DNA from: a virus
Lineage: Duplodnaviria > Caudoviricetes
DNA: 56,102 nt
IMG/VR virus record: IMGVR_UViG_3300022198_005692
Coordinates: 1-56,102 of that record
Strand: one strand, 5' to 3'
Shown here: piece by piece, positions 21,701 to 30,417 of the stretch
Layout: every line of letters starts with the position of its first letter
Position numbering within the stretch: position 1 is the stretch's first letter
Made by a program: the position numbers and the translations under genes
Notes under the pieces: model-generated
What the model was told of the DNA's origin: nothing
The model's database searches: none
What the model saw: only the letters and a program-made list of their open reading frames with translations

Positions 21701-21814
21701 TTCAACAGGAATAGGTTTTTGGTCTTCTGCAAAAACTACGGGCAGAGAGTTAGACGCAGGTTGTTGCCCCAAGGGTACTGGGGCTGTCTTTCCTACAGAA
21801 ACATTAGAAGCCAT
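18734..21814 (-). CDS. Large virion structural protein (paralog of 14210-18730)
   Basis: 1026 aa; same conserved blocks; ends LTWEEQ. Confidence 0.6.
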   Translation of the reverse strand: MASNVSVGKTAPVPLGQQPASNSLPVVFAEDQKPIPVEEQNKVQSEVSLSLLGIPRSEVALGIFADVNTYDVNPTEWAQFPLQNVPKETNQTSTEESIVLDGVVHVPKEAGAQLIASDGNTTVLTSKRFFRYQPGRVSASTMGVKMNVTRDEETDTQKGAPSIKKWGIFDKFDGYYFEIVNNGIGNNFRCVRRTQAIIPGEPAGYNEELKWFRNGNDAKFNGSTNFGLAGVDPVIVRDGLVYVAAAIYDPSLVYHPDHVNAIDSSTSPENKLKDFQPNSSFSLRLAQYDSTTSTYTEILKDRKFQFPFDQSSTYPLPDNPIERELQDMFEKYIRADAHCNFYGLISNLARKGNVNKVLNSFAELIDPANNWQETFFGTGTNAENETHDQILSRTGAWDMNPSTANSQAKIWHLLVNTLGGNNITQTHYNNAPGVPISRTISDTNNNVTLKEWFNICVPEPYRFVYEWRPVRAMFSGDKLDGDLTKVRWSDINTSAEFSLGDTEDGLVNQPGKIILTPEGELESQSAYNIDFSKVTMWKTEFSWYGAVGATFLCYVPIGNNEARWVRVHHIRASNQHSVASLGNAFLPITYLCHGGLNSGLDPNNDGIDIGNTLVKYGASYYIDGGDKGTVKLLSKSSDYSRTVPSGTVTFTPVSVNTTDNYIVATRVSLGSNNDRTLVGLMGAYIEGDVTIKVKWMEKDETDATNVKLYFTGDIFSYTSGDITLIVPRSQQSLLTLRAKDFISNREGEKVRNRLQIYPIKLGVGVSQGETSDLITIRGYKNPLLITTNSGSTSDDLLSGDLADTLNTKRSVLPTEFTSDQAVNQLGLDTVLNANGKYVFGYFLGSNISGNAGNKTSGQPILGRIYREGGKYYFAKLFSYSDPIYIKGKFLYERNLSVGTAATGLSFTEKTISTTTDGYADQTKWTKLANDGLATFEEITRLSGTQIAQDFALTPVPETGNEIFSYYVTRGGYQFDLQDYFAYNKEYLSFPLTDEVDVISVFGHFDIQQSASPKAFKVNTSLTWEEQ

Positions 21815-21849
21815 ATTTAACCAATGTATTTATAGTAGCTTTAAACTTA

Positions 21850-24183
21850 TTACTCAGATACATATACATTGCCATCGGCAATGAAATAATTGAACTTAAC
21901 TACCCCGAGTGTGCCACCAACAATCCTATAACTGTTATCAGCGGAGGTAAATTTATCGCTTACTCCTTGAGGGGTGTTAATGATAATAGACCCGTCCTCT
22001 AGATTTACTGCCTGGACAGTGATAGGAACACCATCAGGCCAGTTTTGGAGAGTTTTTGATTCTCCAATACCCGCGGTCTGAATACCATCATTAAGATTCC
22101 CACCTGTTGACAAATAGTTAATGTTTAAGATGTCAGCAGAGTTTCTAAAAGTCACTCTTAATGTGTTGGAAGTTTCGAACTTAATTCGATCAATCTGGAA
22201 TTTTCCAATGGCTACAGATGCTGTGATTACATAACTATATCCATAAGAAGGGCTAGCAGCATTGGGATTTAAAAGATTAAGCGTAGAAGTTCCGATAATC
22301 TTTCTGCCCCTATTAGAGGTTTCAACATCTTGGCTCTCAGTTACTGTTGTGGTTGGAAGAGTGATAGCAAAAATTCCAGCCTCAAGTTGCTCATTAGTTT
22401 CTAAAACTTGGAGGTAACCAACAGCAGCTCCGCCTCTTTGATAGTTTGAATTAAGACTATAAATCGGGGCATTAATAGAGCCTTTAGAAATGGTCATAGG
22501 AAGTCCACCATCCGTCACAGTGAAGTAAGTCGTGGTTAAAGGAATTCCTTTTTTAACATCGATGGACACTCTGCTATACTCGTTGTTGTATAGATCTACT
22601 GACTTAATTACACTGCCATTTTCATTATACGCCAGGTTGTTTTGAGCGCTCCAACTCTCAGAAGAGTTTAACAGAATTCCGGTTTGACCACAGCTATTTA
22701 CGATGTTATTGTTAATAACTGACCCTTCAATTCCAATACCACTAATAGGCCCTGTGGTATTTTCGAATAGATTCCCCTGTACTACTGCTCTAGATACTTC
22801 TCTAAGTCTGAGTGGGGAGATATTTAACTCGTAAGGCTTTGAAAGTTCATATACTCTGTTGTTTGTTATATTTAGTCTACTCGATTCTATTGCAGTTAGA
22901 GCAGAACCGGCTCCGTTATAGAATGAGCAGTTTTCAATTCTTACCGAATCAGCTCTTTCTATATAGATCGTATCATTATTCTTATCAGAGATACCATAGA
23001 AGTCTCCTGTAGGAGATACGGTGGTAAACACACTAAACTTATTCCCATCAAAGGCAAGATTTTTAACAGTAATCATGCCAATAGCATCATCAACAGTTCT
23101 TCCTCTAATATCTAATAATCCATAATTACCAACTGCGTTTACGTGGCTAGGCGTTCTTCTAATGACTGTAGAATCTCCTGCTCCGCGTAGTGTAATACCA
23201 GAGTAATAAGAGGCATCATCAGTATCATATAGTGACACGTTACCCATGTGGTATGTGCCGGAAGGGATAAAGATTTCTTTAATAGGACCTTTCGCTGCGG
23301 CATCTAAAGCTTTTTTAAGAGCAGTCGTACTATTAAAGACAAATCTTACAGAAGAACCGACAAGATCGGTAGAGAATACCTGCGGCGTAGCGCTAATATC
23401 CTTTAGTTCAATAGTCCCAGAATTCACATAAACATTTGTAATTTTAAGGGTTCTTTTTTCTAGGATGGTGGTAGCATTGATTGATGATGTGCTATAGGAT
23501 AGAATACCTTGGAGGAAAGAAGGAATGGTGTTAGTTGACTGGAGAGTTTCTCTATCCCACGAAGGAACCTGAGACAGTCCTCTATCGTTGAATACAACGC
23601 TCGTATCCGAGCCAAAAATACTATTACCTGGAGCCCCTAGGAACTTAATCGGCTCACTTCCCCACTTTCTAAAGATTAATGGGATAATTTGTGAACTCTT
23701 TCTAGAGAAGAGTAATTGTACGTAACTTTTATCATCAAAGAGCAAGTCTGGATCTTTTAAGAATTTAAAAGTTGAGGTTGTACTAACTTGATAAGGGCTG
23801 AATTTGCCAGTAAAAGGATCATACCCGTAAATATAGTAGGTAACTTTTTCTGCAGACGCGTAATTAGACGCATCAATTCCAGAACCCACTAATTTAGTCT
23901 GTGCATTAGAAATAAAGTTATTAAATGCAGAACCAGGAGAATTTGAACTTGAAGTAAAGAATACTTCAATCTCATTACCTTCCTTGAAAAACTCTAGATT
24001 AGAGTAAAAATTAGGAATCTCTGAAATATCTAATATACTACCATTAGATCTTAGATCGCTAACTACTCCGGTGAAATACCCATCAAACCCAATGGCCCCA
24101 AAGGACCTAACATTAATAAATGAGTTGGTGTCAGCATCAATCTGAACATCCCCAGCTCCAAAACCAGAACCAATGTATCTCAT
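21850..24183 (-). CDS. Tailspike-like protein with a right-handed beta-helix (pectate-lyase-like)
   Basis: INVRSFGAIG, EIFIPSGTY, ITLRGAG and LAFDGNK motifs followed by Asn-ladder repeats (IENCSF, ITNNRV, VQGNLF, INNNIV). Confidence 0.75.
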   Translation of the reverse strand: MRYIGSGFGAGDVQIDADTNSFINVRSFGAIGFDGYFTGVVSDLRSNGSILDISEIPNFYSNLEFFKEGNEIEVFFTSSSNSPGSAFNNFISNAQTKLVGSGIDASNYASAEKVTYYIYGYDPFTGKFSPYQVSTTSTFKFLKDPDLLFDDKSYVQLLFSRKSSQIIPLIFRKWGSEPIKFLGAPGNSIFGSDTSVVFNDRGLSQVPSWDRETLQSTNTIPSFLQGILSYSTSSINATTILEKRTLKITNVYVNSGTIELKDISATPQVFSTDLVGSSVRFVFNSTTALKKALDAAAKGPIKEIFIPSGTYHMGNVSLYDTDDASYYSGITLRGAGDSTVIRRTPSHVNAVGNYGLLDIRGRTVDDAIGMITVKNLAFDGNKFSVFTTVSPTGDFYGISDKNNDTIYIERADSVRIENCSFYNGAGSALTAIESSRLNITNNRVYELSKPYELNISPLRLREVSRAVVQGNLFENTTGPISGIGIEGSVINNNIVNSCGQTGILLNSSESWSAQNNLAYNENGSVIKSVDLYNNEYSRVSIDVKKGIPLTTTYFTVTDGGLPMTISKGSINAPIYSLNSNYQRGGAAVGYLQVLETNEQLEAGIFAITLPTTTVTESQDVETSNRGRKIIGTSTLNLLNPNAASPSYGYSYVITASVAIGKFQIDRIKFETSNTLRVTFRNSADILNINYLSTGGNLNDGIQTAGIGESKTLQNWPDGVPITVQAVNLEDGSIIINTPQGVSDKFTSADNSYRIVGGTLGVVKFNYFIADGNVYVSE

Positions 24184-24201
24184 GTGTTTACTCTCCCCTT
24201 A

Positions 24202-24576
24202 TCAAGCAGTGGCTGGGGTGTAGATTACGTAGGAAACTACAATATCTACATTATTTGCTCCTTCCGAATCCACCCAAGCAGAGATAGAATCTTGGTAGTT
24301 TAATACAAACTTGTTACCATTCATTACTTCAAATGAGTTTTTAGCGGGCACTGCTACATTAGAAAGAATCATAGCATTAGATCCCGCCTGTTTGTTTAAG
24401 CGAAGATTGATATCTCTAGTTCCTGCAGACTTATTTGCGACGATAATACTTAGGACTAGGGCATAGCCTCCTAAAGGAATGTCGGACGATGTAATTAGAG
24501 TTGTAGGGCTGCCTGAAGTTGCAGACACATTGGCAATAGCCTTAGACTCAAAAGAATTTGTTGGGAAAGTGGACAT
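24202..24576 (-). CDS. Small virion structural protein (beta-sandwich, fibre-associated)
   Basis: 124 aa resembling the common phage family with NxF at the start, a SIIVANKS strand and KFVL motif. Confidence 0.5.
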   Translation of the reverse strand: MSTFPTNSFESKAIANVSATSGSPTTLITSSDIPLGGYALVLSIIVANKSAGTRDINLRLNKQAGSNAMILSNVAVPAKNSFEVMNGNKFVLNYQDSISAWVDSEGANNVDIVVSYVIYTPATA

Positions 24577-24582
24577 GATTAA

Positions 24583-24873
24583 TTAACCAAGAATCAGTGA
24601 TTGAGTTTGTGTGTAGGTAATTGCTTCCATGATTTCTTGTCTTCTAACCAAGGAATTAATCGTAGTAGGAGCAACATTCACCTCAACGATGGTCTTTGAG
24701 AGGAATAGCGGTGACGTATTCCCCAGACCATCTTGTAGTCTACCTTGAGCTAATTTAGCTGGACTGCTCAAGTCAAACGGAATACCATCCGTATCTGGTT
24801 GAGCATCAATATTAGAAAGTATAACGTTTGAAAACGTTTTTGAAATTTCGTAATCTTTGATGTTGGAGGCCAT
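24583..24873 (-). CDS. Small fibre adaptor-like protein
   Basis: 96 aa; RLQDGLGNTSPLFLS motif similar to VEDGSGVKSGLKLG in the 42662 gene; ends SLILG. Confidence 0.45.
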   Translation of the reverse strand: MASNIKDYEISKTFSNVILSNIDAQPDTDGIPFDLSSPAKLAQGRLQDGLGNTSPLFLSKTIVEVNVAPTTINSLVRRQEIMEAITYTQTQSLILG

Positions 24874-24927
24874 AAGGCAATAAACCTTAATTTTATAGTT
24901 TATAGAACTATATTACTTTAAACATCT

Positions 24928-25113
24928 ATGGGAAAGAAGGAACTTGCCACTCTAATTGATGCTTATGCCGATGCTAAAGCCTCGGGGAATAAATATCTCG
25001 CTCAGGTGATGATTGCTCAACTCGAACAGGCACTTAATCAGGTCTTTGGCCCAGACGCCGGAGGCGAGGGTGTGGTAGAATCAGATGGTCCTAATGCAGA
25101 TGGCGAGTACTGA
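24928..25113 (+). CDS. Hypothetical protein
   Basis: 61 aa; TGATG coupling to the next gene. Confidence 0.5.
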   Translation: MGKKELATLIDAYADAKASGNKYLAQVMIAQLEQALNQVFGPDAGGEGVVESDGPNADGEY

Positions 25114-25460
25114 TGATTATTACGCGGCTACGGGGCGGTAATGCCCAGTTCCCTGAGTCAAAAGAACCAGGGGATACTGTGGTCTTGGCGAATGGAGATG
25201 TTTTTTGTTGGGATGGAGGGATCTGGCAGTTGATCGGTGGGAGGTTTGTGCCTAAAGCACTGAGAGAAGAGTTCCTCTCCTATGTCTCTACTGGTTGGCC
25301 CGATGCCTCCAGTGCCAAATTTGATCTTCCAACTCTGTTTGATTTGTCGATATTTAGCGATTATGGTGAGGATGATATCACCCCGGCTGATCCTAAAATG
25401 GTCCAAAGGTTTATTGACCGAGTAATTGAGGTGGCCGAAAGATGTCAAAAAGTAAAATAA
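25113..25460 (+). CDS. Hypothetical protein
   Basis: 115 aa; FP...GD...FCWDGGIW fibre-like motif; overlaps its neighbours. Confidence 0.5.
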   Translation: MIITRLRGGNAQFPESKEPGDTVVLANGDVFCWDGGIWQLIGGRFVPKALREEFLSYVSTGWPDASSAKFDLPTLFDLSIFSDYGEDDITPADPKMVQRFIDRVIEVAERCQKVK

Positions 25461-25702
25461 AGGTCATCGCCGAAGACGTTGAGTTTGGCCAGGTAGATGT
25501 TAAATATTTGACCAATGATTGCTATGTAATCTTCTACTCAGAAGAGGAAGAAGGGAGGGTTATGAGCGATATTGTCAAAGGGAAAAGAGTAGATATTTTT
25601 GATGAGTACTATGATCTAGGGATGAGGATCCGGCGGATTGATTTGGCGGGTGGGTATAGGAACCCTAAGAACTCCGAATCAGAGGTTGTATTTAAGCAAT
25701 AA
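25442..25702 (+). CDS. Conserved cyanophage-type hypothetical protein
   Basis: 86 aa; DIVKGKRVDIFDEYYD...GYRNPK resembles a small T4-like cyanophage family (recalled, not searched). Confidence 0.5.
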   Translation: MSKSKIKVIAEDVEFGQVDVKYLTNDCYVIFYSEEEEGRVMSDIVKGKRVDIFDEYYDLGMRIRRIDLAGGYRNPKNSESEVVFKQ

Positions 25703-25743
25703 AAAGGCGGGCTGGGGAATGTGATTCCCCTCCCGCTATTTTT
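25701..25743. terminator. Bidirectional intrinsic terminator between convergent genes
   Basis: AAAAA-GGCGGG..GGGGAAT-GTG-ATTCCCC-TCCCGC-TATTTTT. Confidence 0.6.
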
Positions 25744-25793
25744 CTTATTGAGTTGGACTTGGGTTTACTCCGAAGGAGTATAACCCGCCTATA

Positions 25794-26027
25794 TCAAGCA
25801 GCCGGAACTTCTTCAACTACTTCCGTAGTAGCTTCAGTTACTGCTTCGGGCTCAGCGCCATTGCCGCCTGGCTCCTCCCCAAGCTGAAGTTGCATTGCCT
25901 CAATGGCTCCTTGGAGTTTGATTGCCAGTTCCTGCCGTTGGGCAAGGGCGGTACGGAGTTGGGTAATTTCTTTCTCGAGTTTCTCGAGTTGGGCGGTGAA
26001 ATTTTCCTTGAGTGTTGTAGGTTCCAT
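25794..26027 (-). CDS. Small coiled-coil protein, fibre-associated
   Basis: 77 aa heptad pattern with the KLQGAIEAM motif. Confidence 0.55.
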   Translation of the reverse strand: MEPTTLKENFTAQLEKLEKEITQLRTALAQRQELAIKLQGAIEAMQLQLGEEPGGNGAEPEAVTEATTEVVEEVPAA

Positions 26028-26101
26028 ATGTGGACGTTTATGTATACGGATCTATTTTAAACCAAAAACCTTAGAAATGGAACCATCCTTAATGGTTAGG
26101 T

Positions 26102-26407
26102 TTACCAAGGCAAACCAGAAGCACTCTTGGGAGCGAGTTGTTCGGCAATCTGATTGGCCAAAGTGGTCTCGGTGGAGGTGACTTGCTCCTCGCCGAGTTT
26201 GTCTTTGACCCACCCGATCACGATCTCTTCGGTGAGTTCGGAGTAAGGGATCACGGTATCGCCCTCGGCGGGGGCTTCGAGGCCTACGGAGCCGTATGCG
26301 CCGGCGGAGTAATCTCCGTCAGTAGCCGATACTGTCCAGTGAGCCGTGTATACAATGCCGTCGGCGGTATGACGCTCGAGATTGGCAATGGACCAAATAG
26401 TTTCCAT
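26102..26407 (-). CDS. Tail fibre-associated / assembly protein
   Basis: 101 aa WSIANLER...FIPY-like...GLPW family usually found directly after cyanophage fibre genes; GC-rich codon usage. Confidence 0.6.
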   Translation of the reverse strand: METIWSIANLERHTADGIVYTAHWTVSATDGDYSAGAYGSVGLEAPAEGDTVIPYSELTEEIVIGWVKDKLGEEQVTSTETTLANQIAEQLAPKSASGLPW

Positions 26408-26475
26408 GAATTTATGTACTATATATGTTCTTTAATCTTTAAACTACTTTGCCGGGTTTTGTGGTTTTCTCATGA

Positions 26476-26605
26476 GTCGGACCGGGCGCGGGTTTCCCGC
26501 GGGCGGAGGGGTTTATCCCCGACGCCTTTACCCGACATTAATACTGCCGCGCCTTCGGGCAATTTAATGCTTTCCCAGACCCAGTAATGAAGGAGACTTC
26601 TCTGG
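26476..26605. ncRNA. Candidate GC-rich structured RNA/DNA element
   Basis: Several stems, including C(TTCG)G and GAAG(GAGA)CTTC tetraloop hairpins on the + strand; see findings. Confidence 0.35.
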
Positions 26606-28615
26606 TTACCAAGTAGACAGCGCAGAGCGCTTCCAAGTGTTGGTAGCAGTGCAAACGTAGACGTAGTTGGCGTCCCAGCAGATCTCACCGGCGGTTCCAG
26701 TGTCTGTCGCGGATGCAGGAGTTTTTGCACTTGCAATCCTAATACGATTGTCATTCACTTGAAGCAATGCGCCGCCACTATTGCTACCTGTGCCTATCAA
26801 TACTCGCCCAGACGTGTCAATTCTTAATTTCTCCGTACTATTTGTCCCAATAAACAGCGGGGCATTGGTAAGTGTGGATAAAAAGCCATAATTATTACCA
26901 GCGGCTAAGGCGATTTGCGTATTTGTCCCACCTCCTCCTCCTCCAAGATATTCTCCAAGAAATCCGCCGGTACTCGTTCCCGAGCCTGTGTCATTCGTTC
27001 GACTCCTAATCAGTTGTGAGCCAGTTTTTTGACAGTCAAGAAGATAACCAGGGCTTGTTGTTCCGATCCCGACGTTGCCTGCGTTGCTGATACGCATCCG
27101 CTCCGTCGGCGAAGCTGCCCCATCGGCGGTCGTGGAAAAGACAAGCCGCCCTGGCATGTCATTAGCGCCAGGGATGCCATCTACTTCGCCAAGGATTTCA
27201 GCGGCAGTTAAGAATTGAGTGCCATCATCGCCAGCAAAACGAATTTCGCCAAGTCTGTCGCTGCTTCCGACAAGTCCTCCAATAGATCCTGTAGTGCCAG
27301 ACCTTGAGTGAGCAAGGAACAACTTCCCGCTTACTCTCGCTCTACCTGAGCCGGTTGCATTTTGGAAAGAGCCAACAAAAAGATCCGCACAACCACCCGA
27401 TCCGGCGCTACTGGCACTGATTACTTTTGGAGTAATAAGGCTTTCTATTTGAAAACTACTAGACGTCCCCACTAGGAGGCGGCCGCCGGAGTCAATGCGA
27501 GCTGATTCATTAGATGACCCTTGCTTGAATATAATAGGGGCGGTTGATGTACCAGTCTCAAAAGTTAAGGGGTAGTTAGCGTAGAGGCGTAGTCCGATTG
27601 TTGCTCTAGTGTCGTAGTCAAGATCGAGCGAGCCATATACAGTAGAATCAGTATTGAATGTGAAGTCAATGGCGCCTCTTGTCCCCGTTACTCCTGACTT
27701 TAGTTTTAGAGTTGCATTATTGGCGTCTAAGATTGTATTACCACTAACTTCCAATTTTTCTGTTGGATTTGTGGTGCCGATGCCTACATTACCATCCGAA
27801 TTTATTGTGACAACATTGTTTACATTAGCTGATGTTGCTACTTCTTCAAATGTACCAGACGTTGCAGTTGAATACGTATCGAGTCTTATTTCACCACCAA
27901 CAATTCTTACTCTATCACCATTAGTTGTTTGTGTTGAATCATTTCCTTTGAATAATAAGAGTTCAGATCTTTCTGTAGTTCCCCAGATTCTTTCTCCGAT
28001 ATAAGTGTGATTATACCCACCTGGGTTATCTCCTGTAGTACCTCTAAATGCAATATAGTTTGGTCCTGCATTTTCACCACCGATATTTATATTTCCACGA
28101 ACATCTAGTTTCGCCAGAGGGTTTGTGGTTCCAATACCAACATTGCTACCAGTTACATTCAATCCATTGGTTAAAGTTATTAATCCAGTGCCGGTATCAG
28201 CGGCATCAGATCTTAAAAAACTACTACTATCAATACCATCCAGTAGATTAGAATCCGCTGCTTTAGCACTAATCCCTAGGAACCTGGCGTCGGATTCTGT
28301 CTCGGTGTAGTACCGCCCATCATGAGTATGGGAATCATTGGCAACTACAATGGCGTTATAGGTCCCACTAACATCCCCACCAAATGTTGTTGAAGTAGTT
28401 AAAGCGGTAGAAGCTGGTTGGTAATAAGAACCTTGTTGACCATCTAAAGTACTCGCGTTTGTTCCTATCTCTACAACCGATTCAGTACCATCATTTATAA
28501 GAGTATATAATTTTCCGTGGTAGGTATTGAGCGCTAATTCACCCAATGAGAGGTCACTTATCGCTGGTACTTTACCCTGAATAGCGGATCTTTTAATTCG
28601 TATTGTATTTGCCAT
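26606..28615 (-). CDS. Tail fibre protein (distal/tip)
   Basis: MANTIRIKRS...GELALN N-terminus, three NVGIGTT repeats, DMPGRLVFSTTADG and terminal GEICWDANYVYVCTATNTWKR. Confidence 0.8.
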   Translation of the reverse strand: MANTIRIKRSAIQGKVPAISDLSLGELALNTYHGKLYTLINDGTESVVEIGTNASTLDGQQGSYYQPASTALTTSTTFGGDVSGTYNAIVVANDSHTHDGRYYTETESDARFLGISAKAADSNLLDGIDSSSFLRSDAADTGTGLITLTNGLNVTGSNVGIGTTNPLAKLDVRGNINIGGENAGPNYIAFRGTTGDNPGGYNHTYIGERIWGTTERSELLLFKGNDSTQTTNGDRVRIVGGEIRLDTYSTATSGTFEEVATSANVNNVVTINSDGNVGIGTTNPTEKLEVSGNTILDANNATLKLKSGVTGTRGAIDFTFNTDSTVYGSLDLDYDTRATIGLRLYANYPLTFETGTSTAPIIFKQGSSNESARIDSGGRLLVGTSSSFQIESLITPKVISASSAGSGGCADLFVGSFQNATGSGRARVSGKLFLAHSRSGTTGSIGGLVGSSDRLGEIRFAGDDGTQFLTAAEILGEVDGIPGANDMPGRLVFSTTADGAASPTERMRISNAGNVGIGTTSPGYLLDCQKTGSQLIRSRTNDTGSGTSTGGFLGEYLGGGGGGTNTQIALAAGNNYGFLSTLTNAPLFIGTNSTEKLRIDTSGRVLIGTGSNSGGALLQVNDNRIRIASAKTPASATDTGTAGEICWDANYVYVCTATNTWKRSALSTW

Positions 28616-28631
28616 GTGGCGATTCCTAAAT

Positions 28632-28673
28632 TGCTATATAGCAGAATGTATATATCATGGTCTATATAGACCA
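28632..28673. promoter_or_regulatory. Cluster of TATATA-centred palindromes upstream of the fibre gene
   Basis: TGCTATATAGCA (28632-28643) and TGGTCTATATAGACCA (28658-28673) are perfect palindromes; a third, imperfect one lies between them. Confidence 0.45.
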
Positions 28674-28707
28674 GGTATCTATTAATTATTCAACTAATAA
28701 TAGCTAA

Positions 28708-30360
28708 TCAGAAAGTTCCGCCATCAAAAACAATATTATCAATCGTCCCGCCAGTAATGCTTACATTATTCGCATTTTGGGTGGAGATTGTACCAAGACC
28801 GAGAGTAGTACGACCGGCAGTAGCATCTGCGTCATCGATAAGACTCCGGCCGAATGATGTCAAAGTGGCTAATGCAGCGGTAGAGGCTCCGGTATAATAC
28901 GCGATTCTATCCGCTACTGGGGTAAGTCCACCGACGCTAGAGAGCGCATCAGAAAGTGCGAGAGTAGGATTACCAGCGACGCCATTTCCATTTGAAACAT
29001 TAATTCCACTTCCGCTAACTGCGATAGAACGAGCGGTGATGGTATCGGTTCCGGTCCTGGTAAAAAGGCCATTGGTTGCTAGGTTGTGGAGGGCTAGAGC
29101 CTGTCCTGTAAGACCCACACTATTAGCATCAACAGTAATACCTGTACCGGCTCCGACATCCAGAGTGTTTCCAGTTTTGGTAAGACCGGCTCCGGCAGTA
29201 ATTTGACCGGCACCACTAAATTGTGCGAATGATAGAGCAGTACCACTGGCCCCGCCAATAGTAATAGCATCGTTAGTTGTTAATACCCACCCCGAATCAG
29301 CATTAGTAGCACCCTCCGTAACAAATGTAAAGGCACCAGCAGTTACTTCAGTATCCGAATCAAAATCGGTGGCTCTATCCCATACACCATTTGCACCGGT
29401 CCCAAGAGTAGTAACCACCCAAATACCATTCTGGGCTCCAGCCGACTGATCTTTGAGAAGGATTCTATCTCCAGCTGCTAAGTTTACTCCATCTAAGGTA
29501 TTAGGCGCTGCTGTAATCTGTCCTCTACTACTTGTACCACCGGTAGCATTGTAAGTAATAGAAATATTGCCAGTCGAGGCGAGACGAACACTCTCTTTTA
29601 CATCAAGGCCACTGCGGGCTGCGTCGACATAAGCCTTGGTTGCCGCGTCTTGGGCATCTATCGGATCGGCAAGGTTGGTTATCTTCTGGTTATTAAGAGA
29701 AACAGCAGTTGTTGGGTTGGTTACCTGATCGAGCCTAGGCATCACATGAACGTGATCGGCTCTGGCATAACGTAGAGAAGTGCCGGTTGCTGCGGTACCT
29801 AGAGCATTAGGAGCAGTCGAAGAAGCCTGACCAATAACAAAGGCTGTTGTGGCGAGCTGAGTTGTATTGGTATCAGTGGAAGCCGTAGGTGCGGCGGGGG
29901 TCCCAGTGAAAGTTGGAGAATCTAAATTGGCTTTAGAGGTATCAGATGGGTGGACGTGATCAGCTCTAGCATAACGTAGAGAAGTGCCGGCAGCTTGAGT
30001 GCCATTCATCGTAATAGTAGAATTTATACTATTAGCTTGTCCTAGAACAAATGCTGTCGTGGCTACCTTAGTGGTATTATCATCTACGCTCGGAGTTGTA
30101 GCGCTAGCGCTACTTCCTAATACTATTGTACCGCTAAAGGTTTTATCTCCGGTAATTGTCTGAGTACCGGTTAGATTTATAAATGCACCAGGACCGGCTA
30201 TGGCAAGGATATTTGAGGCGGTTCCTCCGGCCCCTCCTGTACCCTCACCATAATACAGAATATCATCGACTTCATTAAAAGCTAATTCAGCATTAGCCAA
30301 AGACGACGGAGCTCCGGCATCACCGGATGATCTACGTTTGATTCTAATAGTATTAGCCAT
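28708..30360 (-). CDS. Tail fibre protein
   Basis: MANTIRIKRR...AELAFN N-terminus; duplicated ATTAFVxGQA...SLRYARADHVH repeat; DAATKAYVD and DRILLKDQ...NGIW motifs; ends DGGTF. Confidence 0.8.
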   Translation of the reverse strand: MANTIRIKRRSSGDAGAPSSLANAELAFNEVDDILYYGEGTGGAGGTASNILAIAGPGAFINLTGTQTITGDKTFSGTIVLGSSASATTPSVDDNTTKVATTAFVLGQANSINSTITMNGTQAAGTSLRYARADHVHPSDTSKANLDSPTFTGTPAAPTASTDTNTTQLATTAFVIGQASSTAPNALGTAATGTSLRYARADHVHVMPRLDQVTNPTTAVSLNNQKITNLADPIDAQDAATKAYVDAARSGLDVKESVRLASTGNISITYNATGGTSSRGQITAAPNTLDGVNLAAGDRILLKDQSAGAQNGIWVVTTLGTGANGVWDRATDFDSDTEVTAGAFTFVTEGATNADSGWVLTTNDAITIGGASGTALSFAQFSGAGQITAGAGLTKTGNTLDVGAGTGITVDANSVGLTGQALALHNLATNGLFTRTGTDTITARSIAVSGSGINVSNGNGVAGNPTLALSDALSSVGGLTPVADRIAYYTGASTAALATLTSFGRSLIDDADATAGRTTLGLGTISTQNANNVSITGGTIDNIVFDGGTF

Positions 30361-30417
30361 TTAAGAAGGAGGTAGTAAAAACTAAGAACCTATTTTATCT
30401 TTCTATCTTTCAACTAG

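Noticed and set aside
26470-26754. 94-aa ORF, or a DGR target/hairpin at the fibre C-terminus
   Set aside because: The ORF overlaps the fibre gene out of frame with atypical composition. No reverse transcriptase or adenine-variant template repeat is visible in the window.
29750-30070. Direct repeats as a CRISPR array or mobile-element ends
   Set aside because: They are two in-frame coding repeats (SLRYARADHVH) within a fibre gene; no spacer array is seen anywhere in the window.
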